Shown: positions 26,011 through 34,517 of the stretch, piece after piece
Numbering within the stretch: position 1 is the stretch's first letter
How the letters are laid out: every line of letters starts with the position of its first letter
Origin: a virus
Lineage: Duplodnaviria > Caudoviricetes
Virus record (IMG/VR): IMGVR_UViG_3300037041_000775
Location: 1-58,610 of that record
DNA: 58,610 bases
Direction: 5' to 3' (one strand)
Program-made: the position numbers and the translations under genes
Notes under the pieces: model-generated
Database searches by the model: none
What the model was told of the DNA's origin: nothing
The model's input: the letters and a program-made list of their open reading frames with translations, nothing else

Positions 26011-27741
26011 ATGGTCGCTGCCCGCCGTACTCACCCCGCCCGTCACGTCCGTCCCCGCGCACGCACCGCCCCGAAGGCTCCCCCGCCGGAACTGCGCCCG
26101 TTCCAGCGCGACGGCGTGGACTTCCTCGCGGCGAACAACTGGCGCGTCCTGCTCGCGGACGCCCCCGGCTGTGGGAAGACGCCGCAAGTGCTGGTGGCGA
26201 TGCGCGAGCACGCGAAGACGCTGTGCCCGATGCTCGTCGTGTGCCCGTCCAGCGTGGCGTGGAACTGGCGGCGGGAGGCGGCGCGCTGGGTTCCCGGTGC
26301 CCGCGTCCACGTCATCGAGGGCTTCCACGGGCCGATCCCGAAGGGGGTTCACATCACGATCTGCCCGTGGGACGTGCTCGCGGCGCGGCTCCCCGATCTC
26401 ATGGGGCGCGGCTTCAAGTGCGTCGTGGCGGACGAAGCCCACTACGCGAAGGCGGGCGTGGAGACGCAGCGCGGACGGGCCTTGCAGTCGATCTGCGCTG
26501 TCGCGCCGCACGTCCTGCTGCTGTCGGGCACCCCGCTGGTGAACACCGCCGACGAACTGGAGACGCTGCGGGCGATGTTTGGCGCGGAGCCCCCGGTGAT
26601 GCTGCGGCGGCTGCTCGAAGACGTGGCTCCCGACATTCCCCCGAAGAAGCGCGTCACGCTGAAGACCACCATCCCCGACGAGATCCGCACCGAGTACGAC
26701 AAGGCGAAGGAGGAGTTTGGGGAGTGGCTGGACGACTACCTTCCCCGCGTGCTGGACGACGCGGCGGCTGCGGAGAGTGCGGCGAGCAAGGCGCTTGCGG
26801 CGGAACCGCTGGCGAAGGTCGCCTACCTCCGGCGCATCCTCGGACGCGGCAAGGTTCCCGGTGCGGCAGCGTGGGCGGCGAGCATGGTGAAGCGCGGCGA
26901 ACCGTGCGTCATCTTCGGGCAGTTTTCCGACGTGCTCGATCTGCTCGGGCAGGCGCTGTCGCGGCTCGCCATTCCCTTCGTGCGGCTCGACGGGACACAC
27001 TCGCGGCAGCAGCGGCAGATCGCCATTGATGCCTTCCAAGCTGGCAAAGTGCCCGTGTTCCTCGGAAGCATGGCCGCGAAGGAAGGGATCACGCTGGTGA
27101 AGGCCCGCCACTTGCTGTTCTTGGAGCGGTGGTACACCCCCGCTGCCGAAGAGCAAGCCGAAGATCGCATCCGACGCATCGGGCAGACGCGCGCAACGAC
27201 GATCTGGTATCTCCACGCCGACGCGACCATTGACGAGCGGATCAGCGAGATCGTGGACGCGAAGCGCGGCATCGTCGCCGCGAACATCGGCACCGCGACC
27301 ATCGAGCACATTGACGCTCCGACCGTCATGGACGCATGGGAACGGATGCGGACGCTGAAGGACGGCGTGCCCACCGTCGCGTCGAACCCCGACGCCTCGC
27401 TCCCGCTCCCGAAGCTGCCCGATCCCCGCATCGTTCATGCGGTGCTCTTCGACGCGACGAAGTGGCCGATCCCCGACGTGCAGCGCGCACTGCGCGCGGC
27501 GGGCTACCGGCAGCGCAAGCTGGACCGGCAGGGGAACACCGTGCGGATCGAGATCCGCAGCAAGGGCGCGTTCCTCCCCGGCACGCTGCGCTCGGTGCGG
27601 CTGGCAGGGGACTTCGGGATGGTCGCCGGGAAGCCCGCCCCGACGCAGGCGGCGCGCTCGGCGTCCTACCGCGCGCTGGCGAAGCAGAAGCGACAGCAGC
27701 GGGTGGCGTCTTCGCCGCTGCTTCGTCGCGCTGCGCGTTGA
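26011..27741 (+). CDS. SNF2/SWI2-family (HARP-like) helicase/translocase with an extra C-terminal domain
   Basis: LADAPGCGKT, VCPSS, DEAH, LSGTP, EGITL, QAEDRIRRIGQ motifs. Confidence 0.92.
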   Translation: MVAARRTHPARHVRPRARTAPKAPPPELRPFQRDGVDFLAANNWRVLLADAPGCGKTPQVLVAMREHAKTLCPMLVVCPSSVAWNWRREAARWVPGARVHVIEGFHGPIPKGVHITICPWDVLAARLPDLMGRGFKCVVADEAHYAKAGVETQRGRALQSICAVAPHVLLLSGTPLVNTADELETLRAMFGAEPPVMLRRLLEDVAPDIPPKKRVTLKTTIPDEIRTEYDKAKEEFGEWLDDYLPRVLDDAAAAESAASKALAAEPLAKVAYLRRILGRGKVPGAAAWAASMVKRGEPCVIFGQFSDVLDLLGQALSRLAIPFVRLDGTHSRQQRQIAIDAFQAGKVPVFLGSMAAKEGITLVKARHLLFLERWYTPAAEEQAEDRIRRIGQTRATTIWYLHADATIDERISEIVDAKRGIVAANIGTATIEHIDAPTVMDAWERMRTLKDGVPTVASNPDASLPLPKLPDPRIVHAVLFDATKWPIPDVQRALRAAGYRQRKLDRQGNTVRIEIRSKGAFLPGTLRSVRLAGDFGMVAGKPAPTQAARSASYRALAKQKRQQRVASSPLLRRAAR

Positions 27742-27831
27742 TCGATCCGTCACGGATCGACGTTCAGACCCGTTCAGACCCGCGTCGCGGGCTCGTCATG
27801 GCTAAGTGCCCGTTATTGCTCGCTTTTCTCT

Positions 27832-27860
27832 ACTTACGATAATGTATCCTTATCGTGACG
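27832..27860. other. dif-like tyrosine recombinase core site
   Basis: ACTTACGATAA-TGTATCC-TTATCGTGACG: perfect 7-bp inverted arms around a 7-bp spacer, in an AT-rich intergenic island. Confidence 0.6.
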
Positions 27861-27950
27861 CGAGGGGGCGAAGGGGTGAACGGGGGCCAACGGCTATCGG
27901 CGTCTGCTTGACGATCTCCGTGGTACGATGCAACGCGATAGAGGCGCAGC

Positions 27951-28292
27951 ATGGCTATCTCCGTCAACACGTTCGATTCCGTGCGCGTGCAGATCGCGGT
28001 TCCCGGCACGTCGGTCGCGGCGTCCCCGCAGCCCTATGACAACACGCACACCCTCGTCATCTACAACCGGGGTACGAAGACCATTCTCGTCGCCATCGGC
28101 ACGGCGGGTGGGGCCATCGCCATCGGCGGCGGCGTCGAGATCCCGGCAACGGGTGCGCTCACGCTCGCCGTCGGGACGAACGTGAACCGCGCCGGGGGCA
28201 ACTTCGACCTCGGGCGGCAGATCATCGTGGACGCTGTCGGCGGTGCGGGCGATTGCGTCATCACCTACCTGAACAGCACGGGCGCGTCGTAA
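27951..28292 (+). CDS. Small beta-rich putative virion protein (113 aa)
   Basis: GAGG RBS; LVIYNRG...ILVAIG strand pattern; coupled to the fibre gene. Confidence 0.7.
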   Translation: MAISVNTFDSVRVQIAVPGTSVAASPQPYDNTHTLVIYNRGTKTILVAIGTAGGAIAIGGGVEIPATGALTLAVGTNVNRAGGNFDLGRQIIVDAVGGAGDCVITYLNSTGAS

Positions 28293-29422
28293 TGCTCACC
28301 CGTCCCCCATTCAGCGGCTACACCGGCATCGGCGGCGGTGGCGGGGGCGGTGGTGCGCCGACGAACGCGACCTACCTCACGCTCACGCTGGACGCGACGC
28401 TCACCGACGAGCGCGTCTTCACGCTCGCGCCGCGCCTTGCGGGGACGGACGGCGGTGCAGGGTCCACCTACACCGTGGACCTCGCCGTCGTCGGGACGGT
28501 CACTCCGGGCGCGTACACGAACGCCAGCCTGACCGTGAACGCCTACGGGCAAGTCACGGCTGTCTCCAGCGGACCCGCGCCGGTCCTCTCGGTGTCCGTA
28601 GACGCGGGCGAACTGACCGACACCGGCACGGCTACGGCTCCGGTGCTGGGCCTTGCGACGACGGGCGTCGGCGCGGGCAGCTACACCTACGCCAGCATCA
28701 CCGTGGACGCCTTCGGGCGTTTGACGGCGGCAGCGAACGGCGCGGCCCCGGTAGCGAGCGGCTGGACGGACGGCGGCACGAACGTCTACCTGACGACGCT
28801 CACCGATCAAGTGGCGATGGGGACGACGACGCCGCTCACGGGGGTCAAGCAGACGATCCAGAACGACGTGGGCGGCTCCGGCATCCTCGTCCGTGCGACG
28901 GCGGGCACGTCGGAAGCCGCGTACAACACGCGCCAGTTCGCGGACACCTTCGACCGCTTCGCGCTCCAGACGGCGGGTATTCACCTGTGGGGCTCGGGAA
29001 CGGCGGCGGCGGACGTGCGGCAGCAGCGCACGGGTACGCTCGCGTTCGCGTTCAACCACCCCACGGGAGCGACCACAATCGTGTGGACGTTCGTGGGGAC
29101 GCTCGTCACGCCGTCCCGGCGCGTGCAGACGAACACGGTCGTAGCGGCGGCGCTCAGTATCGACGCGAACCCAACGATCTACGATGTCGTGCTCTGCGAT
29201 CCCACGGCGGGCGCGCAGACGATCACGCTTCCGAACCCCGTCACGGCGGGCAACTCCGGCCGTCGCTACACGGTCAAACGGACCACGACGAGCGCGAACA
29301 CCGTGACCGTCAACTCGGCGGGCGGCGCGACGATTGACGGCCTTGCGTCGCAGGTTCTCACGGGTGGCACCCTCAACGCGATCACCGTCGTCACCGACGG
29401 CACGGCATGGTGGATCGTATGA
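28292..29422 (+). CDS. Fibre or spike protein (376 aa)
   Basis: Two GxYTxASxTVxAxGxxTA fibre repeats, poly-Gly hinge, C-terminal TITLP...GRRYTVKR...VTDGTAWWIV domain. Confidence 0.75.
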   Translation: MLTRPPFSGYTGIGGGGGGGGAPTNATYLTLTLDATLTDERVFTLAPRLAGTDGGAGSTYTVDLAVVGTVTPGAYTNASLTVNAYGQVTAVSSGPAPVLSVSVDAGELTDTGTATAPVLGLATTGVGAGSYTYASITVDAFGRLTAAANGAAPVASGWTDGGTNVYLTTLTDQVAMGTTTPLTGVKQTIQNDVGGSGILVRATAGTSEAAYNTRQFADTFDRFALQTAGIHLWGSGTAAADVRQQRTGTLAFAFNHPTGATTIVWTFVGTLVTPSRRVQTNTVVAAALSIDANPTIYDVVLCDPTAGAQTITLPNPVTAGNSGRRYTVKRTTTSANTVTVNSAGGATIDGLASQVLTGGTLNAITVVTDGTAWWIV

Positions 29423-29703
29423 CCTACGACGAAGTTTGCATCGAGATCGTCGCGTTGGGCGGCGTCGAAGTCGGGTCGAACCTCGAAAACTCGCGCGCGT
29501 TCATCATGCCCGCACCGTGTCTGCGCCTCGTTGCGCTCCCCGATGCGGCTGACGGCGGCGTGCTCGCCCAAGCGTGGAGTTTCACCGACTACGGCGACCG
29601 CAACTATGTCACCACGTTCGCGTGCGTCGGGCGCGAACAAGTCGCCGGGATGCTCCCGACCCTCACCGCACGCGCGCAGAACCTCACCGGAGAGGCCCCA
29701 TGA
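29419..29703 (+). CDS. Hypothetical protein (94 aa)
   Basis: ATGA overlaps at both ends. Confidence 0.6.
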   Translation: MTYDEVCIEIVALGGVEVGSNLENSRAFIMPAPCLRLVALPDAADGGVLAQAWSFTDYGDRNYVTTFACVGREQVAGMLPTLTARAQNLTGEAP

Positions 29704-30155
29704 GCTACGTCCTCCCCCCGCAGGCGACGAAGGCCGGTGCTCCCGGCGTCACCGATGACAACACCAAGGGGTACGTCATCGGTTCCGCGATCATCGACAC
29801 CAGCGTCGCCCCGCGCACGGTCTACATTTGCACGAACGCGGCGACCGGCGCGGCGACGTGGGCGAGCGCGGGCGGGATCTCGTCGCATCCGTCCCTCTCG
29901 ACGCTCGGATGGTCCGCTTCGGGCCACACCGGCACGACGAACTCGGTAGCGTGCTTCAACAACGCGGGCGCGTCGCAGACCGTGCAGGCAACGCTGGACG
30001 GAACGGTGCTGACCTTCTCGGGCGGCACGTTGCAGTTTCTCGCTATGGCGGCGGCGGTTGCGTTCACCAGCGCCCGCGCCGTCGAGCTTGAATACATCGC
30101 GTCCGCGATCACCCCCACGACGGACGCCGAAGTGTACGTCGGGAGTTTTGTCTAA
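29700..30155 (+). CDS. Fibre-associated protein (151 aa)
   Basis: GGAG RBS; APGVTDDNTKGYVIGS...VYICTNAATGAATW fibre-type module. Confidence 0.7.
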   Translation: MSYVLPPQATKAGAPGVTDDNTKGYVIGSAIIDTSVAPRTVYICTNAATGAATWASAGGISSHPSLSTLGWSASGHTGTTNSVACFNNAGASQTVQATLDGTVLTFSGGTLQFLAMAAAVAFTSARAVELEYIASAITPTTDAEVYVGSFV

Positions 30156-31156
30156 TGGCCCTTCCTACGCAGAACTGGCGGATGCTTCAGCCCGTTTACG
30201 TCGGCGCGACGGGGAGCGCCGTCACGGGCGGCGTCGCGGGCGTCCTCGACGCGATCTACACGATGGGCACGGCGACCACCTACGCGGACGGAACGGCCCG
30301 CACCCCCGGCTCCGGCTCGGCGTGGACGTGGTTGCGGGATCAGACGACCTTCGCGACCGGCGCGACGACGGCGTGCTACGCGAGCCCCCCGACGACGACG
30401 GCGATCAATCAGCGGATCATCCTCGCCGGGACGACCAACGCGGCGGGTGCAGTCTGGAAGCAGCTTTACGACACGCGCGTAGTCGGCCAACTTTACGGCG
30501 GGACCGCGAAGAACACGGGGGCGTATACGTCGTGGAACAACGCGACGACGCCGTTCACCAGCGGCGACTTCACGGGGTTCGCGGGTAGCCTTAGCGGAGC
30601 CCTCACCAACACGACCACCTACATCGTCTACATGATCGAGTGTCAGGAAACCGTGGTTGTATGGGCGCAGTCGCTGAACACCATCAACTCGTGCGGCGCG
30701 TTCATCATGGGCGCGTACATCGATCCGCTGTCCGCCGACGCGCTGAACGCGGAGAGTGACGGACGCCTCTACGGTGTCGTCGTGTCGGGAAATCAGACGC
30801 GCCTACCGGCGGGCTGGCTGAACGTGTCGGCGGGGTCGAACGCGACCCTCTTCGTCAACGACGCGACGAGCAACTACTACCACTCCGTCGTGTTCACGCC
30901 GGGGGCGGGTACGGTGCTCGCGGCCAACCGCTTCTTCAACGCCCTGCCCACGACCGACTTCACGTCCCGCAACGGTGATCTGCCGCAGGTTCCCTTGCAG
31001 ATCGTCACAGGCAACCAGTACCTTGGCCAGCTTCGCCAAATGTTCATCACCCGCGACAGCGCAAGCATGGTCGCGTGGGAAAGCGGCGGCGTTGTGCGCG
31101 GCTACCTCCTCGGCGGCATCCTCGGGATCTCCGATGTGCTGCTCCTGACGTACTGA
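30155..31156 (+). CDS. Putative receptor-binding or spike protein, paralogue A (333 aa)
   Basis: Colinear with the next gene (TYADGTARTPGSGSAWTW, AKNTGAY, ESDGRLYG). Confidence 0.75.
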   Translation: MALPTQNWRMLQPVYVGATGSAVTGGVAGVLDAIYTMGTATTYADGTARTPGSGSAWTWLRDQTTFATGATTACYASPPTTTAINQRIILAGTTNAAGAVWKQLYDTRVVGQLYGGTAKNTGAYTSWNNATTPFTSGDFTGFAGSLSGALTNTTTYIVYMIECQETVVVWAQSLNTINSCGAFIMGAYIDPLSADALNAESDGRLYGVVVSGNQTRLPAGWLNVSAGSNATLFVNDATSNYYHSVVFTPGAGTVLAANRFFNALPTTDFTSRNGDLPQVPLQIVTGNQYLGQLRQMFITRDSASMVAWESGGVVRGYLLGGILGISDVLLLTY

Positions 31157-31157
31157 C

Positions 31158-32141
31158 ATGGCACTCCCCACCCTCAACTGGAAGCGCCTCGCGCCCGTCG
31201 CTATCGGCGCTGCGAACGTCAACTCGATGATGGACGCGCTGTTCACGGCGGGGACTGCGGCCACCTACGCCGACGGGTCCGCGCGCACCCCCGGCAGCGG
31301 AAGCGCGTGGACGTGGGCGGTGGACAACACGAACGCTCTCCAGCCGGGGGCGACGACCGCAGCCTACGCTTCGCCGCCGACCGTGACGGCGTTGAATCAG
31401 CGGATCATCTGGGGCGGATCGACAGCGATCCCCGCGTCGGCCCCGATGTATTCGGGCGTGCAAGTGGACACCGCCGTCGCGAACGCGCTCTACTGCTCCG
31501 TCGCGAAGAACACGGGTGCATATTCCAACTGGAACAGCGCCACGCCGTTCACGTCGGGCCAGTTTCTCGGCTTCGCGCGTGCTGGCGTGCTGATGGCGAC
31601 AGCGACGTGGACGACGATGACGATGTGGGAATGTCAGGAAGCCGTCGCAGTCCAATGGTCGCGCGTCGCGCCGAACGTGCAGACGAGCATCAACGTCTGC
31701 GGCGCGTTCCTCGACCCCGGCGCGACGGCGAACGGCGAGAGTGACGGGCGGCTGTACGGCATCGCGAGCACCGGGAACAACAACTACGCGGCGGCGACGT
31801 TTTGGTCTGCGGCGAACGACGCGCTCTTTCAGGACAACGGCGTCGCGAACCACAACCGCTTCGGCATGTTCGTTCCCGGCAGCGCGACGACGGAACGCTA
31901 CCTTCGCTTCGTGAGCACCGCGCCGACGGCCGCGTTCCTCTCGCGCGACGGCGACATTCCGCTGATCCCGTGGTGGGCCACGAACGCGAACGGGCAGGCT
32001 CCGGCGGTGCTGCGGGAGATCCGCCTTTGCCGTGACACCCTCTCCAATCGCACGCTCCAGAACGGCGGCGTCGTGAAGGGCTACACGCTCGGAGCCAACT
32101 ACATCACGACGGACGCCGATACTTGCGTCCTTCTCGCGTAA
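31158..32141 (+). CDS. Putative receptor-binding or spike protein, paralogue B (327 aa)
   Basis: Tandem paralogue of 30155..31156. Confidence 0.75.
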   Translation: MALPTLNWKRLAPVAIGAANVNSMMDALFTAGTAATYADGSARTPGSGSAWTWAVDNTNALQPGATTAAYASPPTVTALNQRIIWGGSTAIPASAPMYSGVQVDTAVANALYCSVAKNTGAYSNWNSATPFTSGQFLGFARAGVLMATATWTTMTMWECQEAVAVQWSRVAPNVQTSINVCGAFLDPGATANGESDGRLYGIASTGNNNYAAATFWSAANDALFQDNGVANHNRFGMFVPGSATTERYLRFVSTAPTAAFLSRDGDIPLIPWWATNANGQAPAVLREIRLCRDTLSNRTLQNGGVVKGYTLGANYITTDADTCVLLA

Positions 32142-32153
32142 GAGACGACCCCC

Positions 32154-32345
32154 ATGAACTTCCCCGATCAAGTCCAGCGTGCCTATGACAACTGCCCCGG
32201 CACCGTTCGCATGGAAGTCTACGCGACGGAAGCCGCGACGCTCACGCCCGACGTGCCCTGCGCGTGGACAACGATCCCCGACGCGGTGATCCTCTGCTTC
32301 GACGCGGACGGCGTGAACCTCGGAGCCTACGCCGTCGAGGGGTAG
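32154..32345 (+). CDS. Hypothetical protein (63 aa)
   Basis: Last ORF of the + block; its stop abuts the convergent stop at 32346. Confidence 0.55.
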   Translation: MNFPDQVQRAYDNCPGTVRMEVYATEAATLTPDVPCAWTTIPDAVILCFDADGVNLGAYAVEG

Positions 32346-32729
32346 CTACGGCGCGGGGGCCTGCGCGGCGGGGGTAGACTGCGCCGTGACGCCGAACCCC
32401 TTGAAGTAAATCCCGACGCCCGCGAGCCCCGCGAGTACGAGGAACGCGAGCACGAACGTCGCCATCAACACGTTGAGGTGACGCCGCAGTTCGCTCCGCA
32501 TCGTCGCCATGTTCCCGTCGAGCCGGTCGCCCAGCTTGTCCAACGCCGCGACGAACGCATCCGTCTGCACGGTGCGCTCGCGTTGCGCTTCGTGACGCAT
32601 CTCGCGCATCTCCTTCAGCCACGCCATCGCGGAGATCCCGTCGTCCGCCGGGGGCGGCGGGACCGGAGCCGTGACGAACGGCGAAGACGAAGCAGACGGA
32701 AGGGCGACTACGTTCACGTCGGGCGGCAT
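32346..32729 (-). CDS. Coiled-coil membrane protein (127 aa)
   Basis: Coiled coil followed by TM VLMATFVLAFLVLAGLAGVGIYF. Confidence 0.65.
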   Translation of the reverse strand: MPPDVNVVALPSASSSPFVTAPVPPPPADDGISAMAWLKEMREMRHEAQRERTVQTDAFVAALDKLGDRLDGNMATMRSELRRHLNVLMATFVLAFLVLAGLAGVGIYFKGFGVTAQSTPAAQAPAP

Positions 32730-32763
32730 GGCCTATGCGTACCACGTCGCATCCGCGCCGTGG

Positions 32764-33333
32764 CTACTCGTCCAGATCGTCGGCGTCCATCGAAGCGAGC
32801 ACGGCCAGAAACTCTTCGCGCACCAGCGCCGCGAGGATGGTGGCGACTTCTTCGTCGCGCGTCCCGTCCCCCAGCAAGTCTTCCAGATCGCGCACCGGCA
32901 TCGCAACACGGAGCGTGAACGTGCGCGTGTTCGCTTCGGCCGTGACGGTTGCCGCGTCTTTGATCTGCTCGCGGAGCGTCATGCCTTCGCGGAGCGACTG
33001 TGCGGCCCCCTGAAGGAAGTCCCACACCGATCCCATGAAGCCTCCAACGGGCCGGGGCGGCTCGGCCTTGCCGCTCGGACGGAACCCGCCCGATGGCCGG
33101 GGGGGATGCGGTGGGAACCCGAACGCGCCTTCTGCGGCCGGAGACGGGTAGGGCGACGGGGGCGGTGGCGGTGGGGGCGGCGGCGCAGCGTTCAGCAGCG
33201 GGATGATCTGCGGGTAGCGCGCCGTGAACTTCGCGAGCACGTTGCGCGCGGCGGTGCGCTCCCCTTCGGTCGCACCCCCTTCGGCCAACGCTTTCAGCTT
33301 GCGCGCCTTGTCCAGTGCTTCGGCGTCGGTCAT
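32764..33333 (-). CDS. Hypothetical protein with DUF2786-like N-terminus and poly-Pro linker
   Basis: ALDKARKLKALAEGGATEGERTAA pattern; coupled to the recombinase stop. Confidence 0.65.
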   Translation of the reverse strand: MTDAEALDKARKLKALAEGGATEGERTAARNVLAKFTARYPQIIPLLNAAPPPPPPPPPSPYPSPAAEGAFGFPPHPPRPSGGFRPSGKAEPPRPVGGFMGSVWDFLQGAAQSLREGMTLREQIKDAATVTAEANTRTFTLRVAMPVRDLEDLLGDGTRDEEVATILAALVREEFLAVLASMDADDLDE

Positions 33334-34121
33334 CACAGCCCCTTCAGCTTGTCCACGGTACGCGCGAGGTCGTCGGTGGACGGGTGGAGGTAACGCATCG
33401 TCGTCGCGACAGCCTCGTGCCCCAGCAGGGCTTGTAGCGAGCGCACGTCCACCCCTTCGGCCAGCAGCGAGGTCGCGTAGGTGTGCCGCAGAACGTGGGG
33501 CGAGAGGTCCGCGATCCCGTGCTCATCGCGGAGGATGCGCGTCACGCGGCGCACGGCGGCGTCGGTGATCGGCCCGCCGCGACCGGGAAACAGGTAGTCC
33601 ACGCCCGCCCCGTCACTCGCGAGATAGTCGCGGAGCAGCGTCGTGCCCGCCGCGCCCAGCGGCACGACGCGCGGCTTGTCGCCCTTGCCTCGGATGCGGA
33701 GCACGAGCCGATCTCCGCGCTCGGTGATCTCTTCGCGGCGAAGGTTGCACGCTTCGGAGATCCGCAGCCCCGTGCGCGGAAGCAGCAGCAGGATCGTGCG
33801 GATCGGCTCGCGCGCCTCTTCTTCGACGGCCTCGTAGTAGGCCGTCAGGTCTTCGGGGGAGAGGGCTTCGCGCGTCGCGCCCTTGCGGCCTCGGATGCGC
33901 GGCAGGGCGGCGCGCACTTCGGCTTCGCTCATGCCCTCGCTCTCCATGCGGTGCCGCACGGCGGCACGGGCAGGGGCCAACGTGCCCATCGGGCGGCGCT
34001 CCGCGACGAGCCCCTTCAGCCAGCCGACGGGGTCGTCGCCCGCTTGGGCGGCGAGGTGTTGGTACGTCTTCCGCGTGTTGGGGAGCAGCCCTCGCTCCGC
34101 AAGGTGCCGGTCGAAGCTCAT
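33333..34121 (-). CDS. XerC/D-like tyrosine recombinase (262 aa)
   Basis: TGLRISE (R), GKGDK (K), HVLRH (HxxR), LGH and TMRY (Y); no arm-binding domain. Confidence 0.92.
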   Translation of the reverse strand: MSFDRHLAERGLLPNTRKTYQHLAAQAGDDPVGWLKGLVAERRPMGTLAPARAAVRHRMESEGMSEAEVRAALPRIRGRKGATREALSPEDLTAYYEAVEEEAREPIRTILLLLPRTGLRISEACNLRREEITERGDRLVLRIRGKGDKPRVVPLGAAGTTLLRDYLASDGAGVDYLFPGRGGPITDAAVRRVTRILRDEHGIADLSPHVLRHTYATSLLAEGVDVRSLQALLGHEAVATTMRYLHPSTDDLARTVDKLKGL

Positions 34122-34504
34122 CGGTGAAGGTGTCCCGGTCGCGGGTGCTTGCCGGGGGCGAGCGTCTGCACGTCGCGCCCGTCGTAGTTGATCCGGTCGC
34201 CCCACATCGCTTCCGCCAGTGCGTCGGCGGCGCGCTCGGAATGGTCCGCGTGCCCGCAGAAAAGCAGCACGGCGTGGGCGAGTTCGTGGCGCAGCAGCGC
34301 GTGAATCACGGCGTCGGGCTCGCGCTCGATCTTCGGAGCCACGACGATCTTCGCGTCGCGTGGCCCGACGAGCCCGCACATCGCGAAGTTGCGCTCGTTG
34401 GGAAAGTCGGCGGACGGGCCGCGCGAAAGGCGACACCGCAGCCCCGGCGCGTGGGGCGCGATGTCGCCTACGAGGTCATGGAAGATGGTGCGGGTACGCT
34501 TCAC
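34118..34504 (-). CDS. Small HExxH zinc metallopeptidase-like protein (SprT/M48-like)
   Basis: LLRHELAH followed by HSERAADALA; AAGGAG RBS before GTG 34504. Confidence 0.7.
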   Translation of the reverse strand: MKRTRTIFHDLVGDIAPHAPGLRCRLSRGPSADFPNERNFAMCGLVGPRDAKIVVAPKIEREPDAVIHALLRHELAHAVLLFCGHADHSERAADALAEAMWGDRINYDGRDVQTLAPGKHPRPGHLHR

Positions 34505-34517
34505 CCGCTCCTTATAA

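Noticed and set aside
27908-27929. TTGACG...TACGAT as a sigma70 promoter or operator copy
   Set aside because: The spacer is only 10 nt and the second half-site is missing.
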